DNA of 63,994 bases, filler included, from Porpidia crustulata (taxonomy: Eukaryota), in assembly GCA_964255105.1 (NCBI GenBank). It is 5 parts of 5 records of this genome, joined end to end, with 100 filler letters (N's around TTAATTAATTAA, not from the genome) between each part and the next. Parts side by side here need not be neighbours in the genome. Positions count along the whole stretch, not along the records: positions 38,842 to 51,674 come from CAXUWE010000480.1; positions 51,775 to 63,994 come from CAXUWE010000557.1; 3 more parts are not named here. One strand, written 5' to 3'. The notes under the pieces were generated by a model. It was not told the DNA's origin. It did not search any database and saw nothing but the letters and a program-made list of their open reading frames with translations. Of this stretch, positions 38,842 to 51,983 are shown piece after piece. The position numbers and the translations under genes were made by a program. Each line of letters opens with the position of its first letter. Positions within the stretch are counted from its first letter, which is position 1.

Positions 38842-41800
38842 ACCACGATCCTCCCGCTCGGTCCCTTCAGATCGTCCCAATCCCCCTCCATGACCGCCTC
38901 CCTCAGGAAGCCGACCGTGGTCTCGAAGCTCATCTTCATGAACGGGCTGGTGCCGCCGCGGAGGCCGGTGCGGTTGAAGGCCTTGAAGCCGCCGCCCTGG
39001 GTCATGACGTCGGCGATGAGGTTCAGGTGGCGGTTGTCGACGGTGATGGCGTGGCCTTCGAAGACGGCGTCCATTTCGCGGACGATGGTAGCGCGGCAGG
39101 CTTCGACGCCATAGATGGCGAGGACGGCGGCGATGTCGTTGGTGAAGAGTTTGTGGGGGTTGAGGATGTGCTGGTAGGCGTGCATGGCGCGTAGGTTGAC
39201 GCCTTGGGTGACGATGACGCGGGCGTCGGGAGTGGTTGGGGAGGTTTTTTCCGTGGTGGACGTTGCCGAGGTGATGTTGAGGATGTGTTGGATTATGGCA
39301 GAGTGGAGCGCGGATTCGATGAGGGAAAGGAGGAGGAGCTTGGCGGTCGAGGCGTCGTATTCGAGGCGGATTTGGCAACGGGAATTGGAAATTGGGTCGA
39401 AGGAGAAATGGGTTACTGATGGAAATTTGGATTGGATTCGGTCGAGCAAATCCCGCGCAGCGTCAGTGTGGTGAATGCAGGTAGAATCTTGATCATGGGA
39501 CTCGTCTTGGCCTTGTTTTGATTTGCGTGGACTTCCGCTGAAACCCTCATCTTCGGAATCTTCATCCGGGGTTGATTCGCGTTGCGCTTTTTTTGCAATG
39601 GCGGCTTCTTCATCGTCAGGCTCAGCGTAGTTTGCCGCCCCATCCCGATTTTGCTTCTGCTTGTTAGTCGTTGCGTCGTCATCTTCATCCTCATTCTCAT
39701 CATCATCGCCGCCCTCACGGTCGGCTTCTGGTCGCGACGGAGCATTTTCGACTACACTCGTAGATTTACCTATTTCAGGCTGAGCGGCGTTTGGCTTCAG
39801 CAACTTCGCATCGCCCGTACGGCTGAGCTCTTTCTTAATTGTTCTCGCCAATTGAGGGATAAATTTGAGCTCAATGGCCCGTATAACGTCAGAGATCCCA
39901 ATGGCATATGTCTCGCAGTACTCTACCGAAGGGAATAGATTAAGTGTAATATCGTAGACTTTCGCCCTTGCGTATCCAATCCCTGGCCCAATTCTCTCAC
40001 TAACACTCACATCTTCCATCACCTCTGCAAGAGTAAGCTTTGTAATCATCTTTGCAAAACGGTCGCCGTCGTCCTCAGTCAATTCTGGATTCAGATGCAG
40101 TGTCATCGATGGTGTGGAAATGTGGTTGCTGGCCGTCATAACAATCTCACGAAGTCGTGGAATTCCCAACGTGACATTCTTTGTAGAATGGCCAGCCAGA
40201 TGAAAGGTGTTTAGAGTCATTTGTGTCGACGGCTCTCCAATTGACTGCCCTGCGACGATGCCGACCGCCTCGCCAGGATCAATAACAGACTTCATATACT
40301 TCATATCCAGTAGACTGTTGAAAGTCTTCTTGGTAATGGGTGCATCCGCGGCTTTAGGATTCTTCTTGTCCCTCAGCCGATTCCCCGGATTTGCATTGCA
40401 GTACTACCTCACAACAATTCATTAGCGTTTCCAAACTGTAAGATATAGAATAACTTACGTCTTTAAGTGCCGATGCAAAGGTCTCTGACGTGCTCCCCAT
40501 ACAGCTTCCTGGGTTAAACATAGCCAGTGCCGGGTCCATAGCGTCGGACTTTCCTCCCCTAACCATTTTCATTGCCTTCTTGTGCCAGTCGCCTGCATCC
40601 GCATTGACGGTCTCTGGGTAGTCTTCTCTCACGTTTAGCTGTGCAACAAGAGACATGTAATTTTCTGCTAAGAATTTGAAGTCTCTCAAGTGTTTTTGCT
40701 TAGTAACATCAAGACCATCTTCTCCATACAGAAATTGAACCATTGTTCCATCGGAATCTCTCACAGAATTATCGTACTCAACCTTCAATCCCTCCATGCC
40801 TTTGATCAGACACCGCTGGAGATAACCCGATCGTGAGGTCTTAACCGCAGTGTCAATCAGGCCCTCTCGGCCAGCCATGGCGTGGAAGAAATATTCTTGT
40901 GGCTTAATACCAGTAAGGAATCGATCAACTATGTATCCCCCAGCCCTGGCCTTGGTTTCAAAGGGCTTGAATGACGGAAGTGTTTTCCCGCTGACCATTA
41001 CGGGAACCCTCCTTCCTTCAAGGACTTGCTGGCCAAGATTACAGGAGATCAGGTTAGCATTGACAGAAGAACCCTTCGCTCCCGAAGCAGTCATTGCTTG
41101 CATTTGGTTCCCTGGGAACTGTTTTCTCAATCCGGAAGGTAAGCAAGCTGAGGTGATCGCCGATGAAAGCGTAGCTGTTCGTGAATTGTAGACACTATCA
41201 AGACCAGCTTGCTTCTCGTTGTCCCGAAGAACATCTTGGAGTCGGGTAAGAAGTTCCTTGCTATTTGCATCTGGATTGGTGTCCAAGGTTACGTATTTGG
41301 TCGCGACTTCCAACCCAATCTTTTCGGCCTCTTTGAGTTTCTCGCTACGATCCATTTCCCCCTTCTTTGTCAAGACCAGGTCATCCATGCCGCAGGTGAA
41401 GGCACGCATGTGTAGAAACTTAGTCAAAAGCCTTCCCAATACGCTCAAAAGCTTTCCAGCGGTGGTGTGCCCATAAGCTTCGTAGACGGAATGCACAAAA
41501 CCGCCTCCACTAGGTCCGAGATGGGCTTTATCTAGTATACCACAGATCAACTCGCCGTCTTGAAAGATCACATCGTCTTCCTTGTCTTCTTTATTCCTCC
41601 CCAAGTCACCTTCCCACCGATCGCCAGTAGTCTGAGATTTTCCGAAGAGAGTCAACCCTTCATGAGTAATAGGAGTAATGTTCTTTAACACAGAGCTTAC
41701 TATTTGCTTGCCTGTCCACAAAGCTCTGGGCTTTACGATTGCGGGCGTCAAAGTTTCGATTCTTGCAGATGTCGTATGATTGTTCTCCGGTCTTAAGCAA

Positions 41801-44070
41801 GCATAGAGAAGCTGGTAGTAATCTTCGCGATCAAAGAAAGTATCTCGGTTTGTCAGCCATACCCCCATGGATATGTGGTCCTGGATGAGGCCCCGTAGTG
41901 GTTTTCCAGATGTTGCCACAAGATATTGATGATCGGTATCGGCAATTTGTAAGGCTTCAGACCTTGCAATCTCATTCTGTGGAAAATGCATGTTCATCTC
42001 ATCGCCGTCAAAGTCTGCATTGTAGGTATTACAATTAGCGTAATGCATACGAATTGTTTTCTCTCCTGGCAGGACACGCGCACGGTGCGCCATCATCGAA
42101 GGCTTGTGCAAAGTAGGTTGGCGATTCATGAGAACGATGTCACCGTTATTAAGATGTCTATGGACTTTCTTGTTTCTTGCGCCAGTAACATTCGTACTCG
42201 ATGGAGCCAGTAATTGATTTGCTAGTGCTTGCCGTTCTTCGAAGTTCTTGATTCGCAAATTGATGACTTGGCCATTCTCGTTTTCAATTGCCGCAGCACC
42301 TGGCCACTTTTCCACGCCGTTGAGGACAGCCTCTTTCAGCTCATAAAAATTGTGATTCGTTACAGGTTCAGGGTACGTCAGTTTCTTGGCGAAGACGGGA
42401 GGAACTCCGATCTCATTGGTTTCAATGTTGGGATCCGGGGAGATGACACTTCTGGCCGCAAAATTGACCCTTTTCCCCATCATGTTCTTCCTGAAGAGAC
42501 CATCCTTTTTCTCGAGTATCTGCTTAATACCATCTGGATTTTTTCTACCAGACAACCCTTGAACAGGGTTGCGATCCCGATCTAGCAGCGAGTTAACAGC
42601 ATCTTGCAGCTGCACCCAGATGTTTTGGAAGTCTTTGAAGTCACGTCTTCGATATGAACTATCTGGCGCAGAACCACTCATTTCTTTTCGAACTTGATTT
42701 AATTTTTCACATTGCGTCAAAATCTGTTTATAGAGCGTGTTTTGTTGTGCTTCTGCAATTTCACCTTCCCCTGTTCTTGCCTCTGGACGATATCTGTTCG
42801 GCGGTATCAGAACAGTTTTGATGAAGAAAATGTCGGATGTGATAGGATGAGTGTCTTTCACTAGCCGTGGACTATATATCAGCTCCATAATCTCTTTCTC
42901 TTTACTAAAGAGGTCCGAGATTAGTGCATGAACCTCCTGGGCATTCACGTACGTCTCTGGTCTTAGCTCCTTAGCCTTTGACTTGGTTTGTGTAGGCGCG
43001 TGTGTGCCGCTCGGGAGGTATCCATTGGCCATTCCGCTTCCAGGATCAAGTATTCCTAGATCCTCACCGTCCTCTTCGGATGTCACGTCCTCGAAGTCTG
43101 CCACAATGCCTTCATCAACTTCACGGTCCTCTCGCTTTTGCTTTTGCAAAGCTTTTCGCTCATTGAAATTCCTAATTAAGGGATTTACAATTTTGAAACT
43201 ACCTTGTGCCATTTTCGCCTGGTCTCTCGCACTAAGGGGCTTCCGGAAGATCTTGCTATATCGATCTTTCCGATACGATGGCGAAATTCTAGAGTAAGCT
43301 TAGAATCGGTTGTCTCGGTCCATAAGAATTTCACAATTACCCATTGCAAGATCCACAGAATCTAATCTTCGTGATATTACCCATAAACTCTTTGATAATT
43401 TTCCTTCGTTCTTCCGATATAGCTTCCACTTTCCCGGCCGCAACAGTAGCTCGTTGGTGGCAACCACCTGCTGCTGTGATGCATTTCTTCACGAATTGAT
43501 TTCTTCGTTCCGTCAGGTCATCTTCATCTTCAGAACCCTCGCTCTCCGTTCGGTCATCTAGGTCGGAAGGCCCCTTGATATTTGCCGTTTTCGAATGTAC
43601 ATGCTCATCCAATTCTTCTACTTCGCGGAGTAATCCGTGCTGAATTAGCCTGAGTTTGCACAAATATCGATTGAGCTCTGCAGGATGGAGTCTGAAATGG
43701 CTGCAGTAGGCGCATTGGGCTCGCAATAGCCGAAGCAGTTGGTCCATAAATGTAACATGATATACAGGCACAGGAAGCTCGATGTGACCTATGTGGCCGG
43801 GACAAGCGTAAGTGTTTAAGTGACATGTTGCACACCTGAGGAGTTTAGTACAAGGGAATTTATTAACCACACGGTTCCTGAAGCTCACAAATTATCACCC
43901 CATGCACCCAGTGCGGTATCATATAAGCCACCCGGTACAGGGTGAAGTAGAGTGTCGAACGTTGTTGGGTTCTGTATTTTCTTCACAGATAGCGTTTCAA
44001 TATCACGGGATGAGAGAAAGCCAAAGTCTACGCTTCCGATGTGGGAAGCAATAGGTTGAGAGATATTCAT
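38842..44070 (-). CDS. RPA190: RNA polymerase I largest subunit (3' end truncated by the linker)
   Basis: Catalytic YNADFDGDEMN; GLFRKNMMGKRVNFAARSVISPD; CPGHIGHIELP; SIGEPSTQMTLNTFHLAGH; Pol I-type MNISQPI N-terminus; three GT-AG introns. Confidence 0.98.
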
Positions 44071-44364
44071 AATTGCTCAAATTTGCCATGTCATCCGAGT
44101 ACGCACTTCTGGTATCGTGAGGTAGGCGACTTCTGTTATAAAATGGTGTTCAGCGCCCAAATGTTGCCGAGTTCAGAAAGCGGCAGAATAAAGTTAATCG
44201 CCAAGGCGGTGAAACCTAATGTCTAGTCATGCGTCACTTGCGTCAACTTTGATGCTTTCATAACCGATACACTTCCATTTCCACGCGCTGTGACTTTCTC
44301 ATAGATCAGTCGAGACACTCTGGGCGCTGTAACTGATATACCTTTGACGCACAGGTTTTGAACC

Positions 44365-46137
44365 ATGGCCGAAACTCCCAACGGACTGAAACGGCCCCAC
44401 CCTGGGGATGATTTCCATACTGCGCAGAAAAAGTCGCGCTCCAACTATGGATCTCCAATCTTAGCTCCACAGACAAACGGCACTGCCTCGATCGGGAAAC
44501 CAGATATCAACAAGATCATGGCCGAAGCGAGAGCCAAAGCTGCGGTTGTCGCCGAGCGACTTGCCAGTTCAAGGGCCACTACCAATGGCTTATCACCCAC
44601 ATCGCAGTCTCCCTCGCCAGCACCTACATCTACAGCGAGTAGTGCTGCTTTATCCAGGATAGAAGCACTGAAAGCAAGGGTGAATGCTGCAACGGGAAAG
44701 GTCAATACTACATCTCAGCTGCGGACAGCGTCCCCTGCTCCAATATATCAGCCTCCACTCTTCGACGACGGAATGTCACGCGCCAGAGGTGGTTTAGACG
44801 TGGGACTACATCCGGCTTTAATGGGAGATTCGGGCCAAGATGCAAGAATGTCAAAAAATCGGCAAGCCATCCAGCCTAAATTTGCAACTACGATGGCAAA
44901 CAGGCGACCTTTATCGCCCGTTGATCAGACCTTAAAAACCGGAAAGGACAAGAAACCATTGGACTTATCTGGCCCGTCTGCCGAAGAGACGCGGAATAAT
45001 CCATATTTTGATTCTTCGTTAGGCGCGAAAACAGCTACACTCAAGTCAAGAAATTCGAGGCAATTGGTGTTCAATCAAAAGGGAAAGTACGTGCAGCAGG
45101 CTGCTGCACTGCGCCGTCAGCATGCACTAGAGCAGATGAAAAAGCGCATCGCTGAATCTTCACGAAAGGCTTTTGTTGATGATGATCTTGACACGGGCAA
45201 GTCCTTCCTAATAGAAGCTCCACCACATATAGAATGGTGGGATGAAGGAATTGTAGGGGATGACTACTCCAACGAGCCTAAAATAGAAAGTGCCGACTCT
45301 ATCATTACAATATGGGTTGTTCATCCTGTACTTCTCGAGCCTCCGCAAGAAAATCTGATGCCAGCGCCAAAACCAATGTTCCTCACGTCCAAAGAACAGG
45401 CTAAGTTAAGAAGACAAACCCGGATGGCGAATCTCAAAGAGTATCAAGCAAAGGTCCGCTTAGGACTTGAACCTCCCCCGCCTCCAAAAGTCAAGAAGGC
45501 CAATTTGCTTCGCGTTTTAGGTGACGCCGCTTTAGCTGATCCTACTGCCGTCGAGGCCAGGGTTACAAAAGAGATTCAAGAGAGAGCGGATAAGCATCAT
45601 CAGCAGAACCAAGAACGAAGATTGACCAAGGAAGAGGCCAACGAGAAACTTGCCAAAAATCAAGTCAAGGATGCAGAGAAAGGGATTCACGTCTCCGTAT
45701 ACAAGGTCAAATCCCTAGCCAATGGCCGCCACCGCTTCAAGATCTCGAAACATGCCGAGCAAGAATCTCTAACGGGTCTATGCATCCAAAATCCTCACTT
45801 CAACCTCATCATTGTTGAGGGCGGTGAACACGGTATCATTTCCTACAAGAAGCTTATGCTCAACCGGATCGACTGGACCGAGAACCTGGCCCCAACTGCA
45901 GCTATCCGGGAAGGTAACAAGGAGGTGTTGGCGGAATTTCTAAGAGCAGAGAACCAGAAAGGTGAATTGAAAGATAACTCGCAGAATGAGTGTGTACTGG
46001 TATGGGAAGGAGAGGAGAAAGGTCGAGCGTTTCGACGCTGGGGGAGCAGAATCTGCGAGACGGATACGGAAGCAAGAGACTTATTGAAAAAATCAAAGAT
46101 GGAAAATTTTTGGACGTTAGCCAAGAGCATGACATGA
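44365..46137 (+). CDS. PRP3: U4/U6 snRNP protein Prp3
   Basis: IEWWDE, MFLTSKEQAKLRRQTR, KVRLGLEPPPPPKVKKANL, DPTAVEARV, IIVEGG...YKKLMLNRIDW, CVLVWEGE. Confidence 0.95.
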   Translation: MAETPNGLKRPHPGDDFHTAQKKSRSNYGSPILAPQTNGTASIGKPDINKIMAEARAKAAVVAERLASSRATTNGLSPTSQSPSPAPTSTASSAALSRIEALKARVNAATGKVNTTSQLRTASPAPIYQPPLFDDGMSRARGGLDVGLHPALMGDSGQDARMSKNRQAIQPKFATTMANRRPLSPVDQTLKTGKDKKPLDLSGPSAEETRNNPYFDSSLGAKTATLKSRNSRQLVFNQKGKYVQQAAALRRQHALEQMKKRIAESSRKAFVDDDLDTGKSFLIEAPPHIEWWDEGIVGDDYSNEPKIESADSIITIWVVHPVLLEPPQENLMPAPKPMFLTSKEQAKLRRQTRMANLKEYQAKVRLGLEPPPPPKVKKANLLRVLGDAALADPTAVEARVTKEIQERADKHHQQNQERRLTKEEANEKLAKNQVKDAEKGIHVSVYKVKSLANGRHRFKISKHAEQESLTGLCIQNPHFNLIIVEGGEHGIISYKKLMLNRIDWTENLAPTAAIREGNKEVLAEFLRAENQKGELKDNSQNECVLVWEGEEKGRAFRRWGSRICETDTEARDLLKKSKMENFWTLAKSMT

Positions 46138-48006
46138 GCGAGTGCTAGGGCATCTCAAGTCAAGCAACTACTCCAGAGCTCCTAATAGTTTAGCGATTAT
46201 GTTGTACCCTTTAGATTTTTGGCAGTGGAGGCTATTATTCTACAAATGTGCAAACGCATGTGGAAGGATCCTCAAACCAAGATCAACAGCAACGCATCCA
46301 ATTACACTTATCCTTCGTTAGCTTTTCATTCCGATATCTCGAATGGACACTGAGGCAAATCAAATCGGGCATACGTCACTCAGATCTACCTGCAACTTAG
46401 CAACACTCACGCAGTGGGTAGCGATCTTGATAAATCAGCAACAGTGGATCAATATCCTGGTTCCTCAACGTGTTTGACAAGATAATGACCAAAGCGGTAG
46501 GCCTGCGGCTAGAGAAGACTACCTCACCTCTGCAACCTTGTGGACAACTCGGAGTTATTCCTCAAACCCTCGATTGTTTCACGTTCCAAACATCTACCCC
46601 TTCTCTCACCCCCATGTTCCCACACCCGTTTCATCAAGTCCTCCTCTCTTCCAAGTCATACTTTGACCATAGAAGAGCTTCGCTTCGTAACCGATATCGC
46701 ACAGCAGGCCTGGAACGGGAAGTCCGCACACTGAGGCCACTGTACCATAAGCTGTTAAGCACGTTCAAGAGCTCTCTAAGATAAGAATTATTGAAAAACA
46801 TCGCTAGACAATGTTCTGTGGTGATTTGAAGCTTCAGAATATCTTCAAAACGTAGGGTTTGATGATTTATTGATAGGTACTGCTATTAACTTATGTCCTA
46901 CAATCTGTTTAGCCCAAAGGCCGCTTATAGTCCATTAACTTTTAATACCCCATGTACTATATCGTGAAAGATTACACGAAGTGCAAACCATTGCACACAG
47001 CAAAGACCAGGTAACAGAACCTAATATGGTTAGACTTATTTCCAGAAGTTCTAAACGCCAACTCAATAATAACTTCCAAAGCTCCACCCTCTACACTCAC
47101 TAATATGAACGGGACACGACTGGTCTAACTGGCTTGATGTCATTAATCTGGTTTTGATGTCTGCTACCCAGATTGCTAGATATAGTGGCAACTGTAAATA
47201 CGTATTGCTATATCGTGGCATACCGGATTCTTGGTTCACACGACAATATTTCCGGGCCGGTGAGAAATTTCTTCCTCGTTGAAGTTTGCACGGAGTTTCT
47301 CCGAGACCTACAAAGAAGTCAAGTATTTATCGTCGTACTGTACTGCTTCAAATACCTCACTCGATGGTACATGATCCTGTTTATTGGTCTATTCTTGGTT
47401 AGGAAAAAAAGCCATTCTATACAAAATTATTTGCATTGGATCTCTACATACTGCTTACCTACTTCTAGTATGCTACTCCGGGAAAACATGATCTTGCATC
47501 ACATCATTAGTATATACCTCGCTTGCATCCGTCCATCTGTCATGAAACTCTCCGACTTGCATCTACGCTTGCCGTTCCCTTACATCTAAAACTACCTTAT
47601 GAACTACCATCACTCTTGATTGGAGAATAGCTTTGATTCCTTCTTCCACAAACTTCCGTCGGCCCCCAAAACTTGTCACGACCAGTATTCTTGGGTGGCA
47701 AATCATTCCCGCAAGTTTCCAACGATTGCTTAGGGCTCAGCTACAACGTTTCGAGTTATGTTATTGACTTAAAGGGGAATATGGGATATATGGGATATGG
47801 CCCAGCTGAGATTCTTAGCTGTATATCACGGAGGGAAGTTTAATAGATAAGACAACTGCGGCCCTCAATGAACATTGCACAGGGCGCATCCATCTCATTT
47901 AATATATGAATTGTAATCATTTCCATTCGTTCATTCTTTAACTACTGACAGGTCCAAACTCACGTTAAGAACTCATTCAATTCAATTCACCAAATTTCAA
48001 AAGAAT

Positions 48007-49479
48007 ATGCTTTTCTCACAAGCATGTGTGCTCCTTTCAAGCTCTATCCCTCTCATAGCCGCATTTCCATCATCTTTAAACAAGAGGCAAGCTGGGGATA
48101 TTGTCGGCGTTGCAACATTCAATGATTACGCAAACCAACAAGGAGGTGAAGTGTGTAAGAATGCCGGTATCGCCACAACAGCAGGTATGATCAAGTATTC
48201 CATCTGATGAGAAGTCTTGAAGAACAGTCACAACTGAATTTTCACTTGCTAATACATATCTTCCAGATAATAAAGGTGTCTTCAAAGCTGCCGCCGGTGA
48301 TATTAGCCCGGACCTCTCGAAGGGCCTTTGTGACGGCAGCCAAATGGACCCAAAGGCACAGTATGACTTGAGCAAATGCACTGCAGATGGAGGAGTTGTC
48401 AGTGGCTATCCCCATCCGTCTTGCCAAAACGCCGTAGCTTGCGGGGCATGCTACGGGGTGGCAAACTTCGGCGCCTATCCTACAGATAGTGGAGCTCAGA
48501 TCGGGAAAAGCATCGTCGTCCAGATTGTCGATGCCTGCCCTGCGGGAAGTGCCCTCAACTACTGCAAAGCCAAGGCGAATCCTCCCGTTCCCGCAGATGA
48601 ACGATGTGGCGCAGGCAATACCCTAGACATTGACTATAGTGCCTATAAAGACCTTACTGGGACAGATTATCAATCGGTACGTATTCCGCTTAGGAAGATG
48701 GGGCTAGGAGTCGGACTGACGAGAAATCCCGCTCAAAGAGCAATAAAGCAAACTTGAAGATCCACATAACTCCAGTAAGCAACTCCACTTAGACAAGACA
48801 ATTCCATGCTTACTATCTTCACCAGAACGTTCCATGCACAGCTGGCGCTGCAGGAACCAGTACTGGCGCAACTTCTGGATCTACTGGAACTCCCAATACT
48901 GGGGGAGCTGCTGGTAACGGCGGAGCTAAGGCTGGCGGATCTGCTGGGAACGTTAGTGCTAAGACTGACGGAACTTCTGGAAGCTCTGGAACAACCGGAA
49001 AGGGTGATAGTGGCAGCACTGGAGGAACAACTTCAACCCAGGGCGGAAATAACCAACAACAGCAGGGAGTTGGTAACAATTCCACATACACCTACCCTAA
49101 ATCCAACCCCAACGCCGCCATTAATAACCCAGGCAATTCGTACAAAACACAACCGCTATCAAGCAATTCTGACCCACATGCAGCTTATGGAGGAAGCACG
49201 GGCTCTACCAGTTCTGGCCAGATCTATGGTCAGACAAATAGTCAGACAAATGGCCAGACTCAGCCGCAAGGGAATTCAAATCCAGTGAACGGAGTTGCAG
49301 GAACAGGAACCAGTGGCGCCACCGCCAGCAACGGCCGCACAGAAAATCCTGGAGCTTTCCAAGAAGGACCTCCTCCTCCCCTAACTGGACCGCCAGGCGG
49401 GATGTCAGGCGGACAGGGACAAAGACCGGGAGGTTTGGGTGGATTGTCGCAGCTGTTGGGGCTCGGTGGAATTATCTAA
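48007..49479 (+). CDS. Secreted expansin-like / double-psi beta-barrel protein with Gly/Ser/Thr-rich tail
   Basis: Signal peptide plus KR; ACGACYGV...IVVQIVDACPAG...LDID. Introns 48185-48266, 48677-48738 and 48775-48825 give one frame ending at 49479. Confidence 0.8.
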
Positions 49480-50115
49480 TCTTCAAAGAATACCGGAGCG
49501 GAGGGTTGTTGGCTTTCGCGGAACACCAAGGAAAACGAAAAGTGTAATAGAAGGGAGTCAGGAGAATACGGATCGAAGTGGACGGCCGCCAGGCTCAGTG
49601 CGTAATAAGCTGTGATGTATTCTGGCGGAGACGTAGGAAACAGGCCGGGGGCTGCGATATCCGAAGGATGCTAACATTACCTGATTGTATCGGAATTTGA
49701 GGACATCGAACTGTTCATAAGCTTGCTAGGTGCAAGGGCTGCATCATCTATATTTGGAAGTCACACCAGTTGTATAAACCACTGTTTCGCTCCAGTAACA
49801 ATGATGTGTGACAACAAATTTTCTCTGCTCCCATCGATAATTGTGCGGATGAATCATTACTGACCCTTTCTTCGAGTACCTTATGATCTTGGGAAGCTTT
49901 GGTTGACACTAGTGCAATAAATTCGTGTGTGCAACGCTTGCCCCAAAACGCGCCTTTCCTCATCCGGCCCATTTACACATCAGTCCATCTTTTGGGTCGC
50001 GTCCTGCTTGCTCCATGAGCTCTCCTATGCGTCAATCGCGCCGGGACAGTCAACCGGAAGACGGAGCTTCGCGCGCGCTGGCATAGCGACCCGTGATACA
50101 TCATCGGCCAGAGTA

Positions 50116-51674
50116 ATGGCCAATTCGAGAGTGAGTATTGAGCTCCATACTGTCTTCGAAGAATTACACTGAGTCAAGGTAGATTGCTGCCGGCAGGCTA
50201 GCCAGTACACAGCCAACATTCGACTTTCTTACAGGCGCGTCCAGTCCACCGCGCGTCCTACCGCTTCAACAAAGTTTACGACAGTCGCAATCCGAGCTGC
50301 AACAGTCACAGGCACCAAAAGTTGGTGAGTCTGGTTTGCCTGCATAGAGGCGCTACCGCTAATAATTATAGACATTGGCAACGAAGACCTCCGTGCTCAG
50401 GTCAAGACTCTGCAGTATGAGTTGGAGTCATTTAAGCAAGAGCGCGAATTTACCAACTTGAGGCATGAGAAAGAGCTTCGTGATGCGCAAATTCAAGCCG
50501 AAGCGGACTTCAGAAAGGCCCAGGTGCGTTCCCAATATTTGCCGAATTTTTTCAGTGACTGAAATCCCTTCTTAGGCGTCAGAGAGTAGCAAACATATTA
50601 CGGGGAACAAGTACGAAGCCCTTAGTAGAGAGCTGAAAGCGGTCAAGGATCTGGCAATCAACCAGCAGCAGGAACTTGAGAAGAAAGTGCGAGCACTGCA
50701 AGAGGAGAACCGGTCTTTAAAGGAAGATACCGAGGAGGCGCAGGCGGAACTTTCTTCCCTCGACCGGCAGCACCAGCACCAATTGCGAGAGATAGACTTG
50801 AAACATACTACACTACAGAAAACGCTAAGCGATCTGAGGGGTGATCTGGATGCCAAGTCCAATGCGCTCGCCGCTACTCAGCATAGGCTAGTTGAGAGAG
50901 AGGCAGAGTCTGGACATCTCGAAAGCGAGATATTGAGGTTAAAGGCACAGACTGGAGATACGGAGACTCTTGGGGTGATCAAGAGAGAGCTTTCGGAGCA
51001 AGTGGCGCATATCAGAAAACTCGAGACAATCAACAGGGAGCAGACTGCGGAGCTCAAGCAACATCGGCGAAATCACAAAGCCGTCGAGGTAGTGCAGGAA
51101 GAGAAAAGAGCGCTGGAAAGCAAGGTCAAATTAATGGAGGACTTACGAAATGAATTGGGGGAAGCTCAGCTCCAACGCCAGATACTAGAAGATGAAAGGC
51201 AATCATGGACGTCATATCTTCAGAATGAAGCGGGTCGTTATGATGAATTCAAATCTCCAGAGGATCTTGCACGAGCCCTGGTAAAGGAGCGTTTGGAGAC
51301 TGCTTCGCTTCTAGAAAGGCTCGGAGCACTCCAACCCGAGTTGTCAGAAAAAGACGAGATTATCAAAATCCTCGAGGAAGACAAGAACAAGGTCCAATCC
51401 GAACTTGAAAAACTGCGAGCAAGTGGTGGAGGCGGCGACAACCGGGCCAAAACACGTCTCGAACGGCAGAGAGCACTCGCAGTGAAGGAAGTCGAATACC
51501 TCCGTGAACAACTCCGAACCTTTGACAGCGAAGAAACAACCTATCATTCCGAAAACCAATTCGACGCCCAAAGAACCAAGCGTATCCAGGACCTCGAATC
51601 CCTCGTCGACCAGTACCGCTCGGAGCTCCAATCCCTCTCCGCCTCAGCCTCCAAAAACCCCGACACCCAAAACC
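50116..51674 (+). CDS. MAD1: Spindle assembly checkpoint protein Mad1 (5' part; cut by the linker; start inferred)
   Basis: QPTFDFLTG...NEDLRAQVKTLQYELE...RHEKELRD; long coiled coil with VIKRELSEQVAHIRKLE and RLERQRALAVKEVEYLREQLRTFD. Confidence 0.85.
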
Positions 51675-51774
51675 NNNNNNNNNNNNNNNNNNNNNNNNNN
51701 NNNNNNNNNNNNNNNNNNTTAATTAATTAANNNNNNNNNNNNNNNNNNNNNNNNNNNNNNNNNNNNNNNNNNNN
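51675..51774. other. Artificial contig linker
   Basis: N run - TTAATTAATTAA (51719-51730) - N run. Confidence 0.98.
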
Positions 51775-51983
51775 GTGCATAGTTGGCATTGTGTAGAAAT
51801 TGCATGGGAAGGAAAGGTTGATTAGCATTGTACGAGTTGATTTGAGACCTCTGTTCTAGAGATTTAAAATATCACTATAACGCCTCCTTGGAGAAGTCCC
51901 ACAACCATCCAGCCGCACTACCGCGCTCCTTCGTGGTTTTCACCCCCCATCTCAGCCCGCCCGACGTAGTTTTCATGAGAGCC

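Noticed and set aside
46540..47589. TIEELRFVTDIAQQAW fragment and an AT-rich hydrophobic ORF as a possible transposon relic
   Set aside because: Resemblance to a Tc1-like C-terminus is too short, and I found no TIRs or catalytic motifs.
48806..49288. 160-aa Leu/Glu-rich ORF
   Set aside because: Shadow frame of the Gly/Thr-rich last exon of the expansin-like gene.
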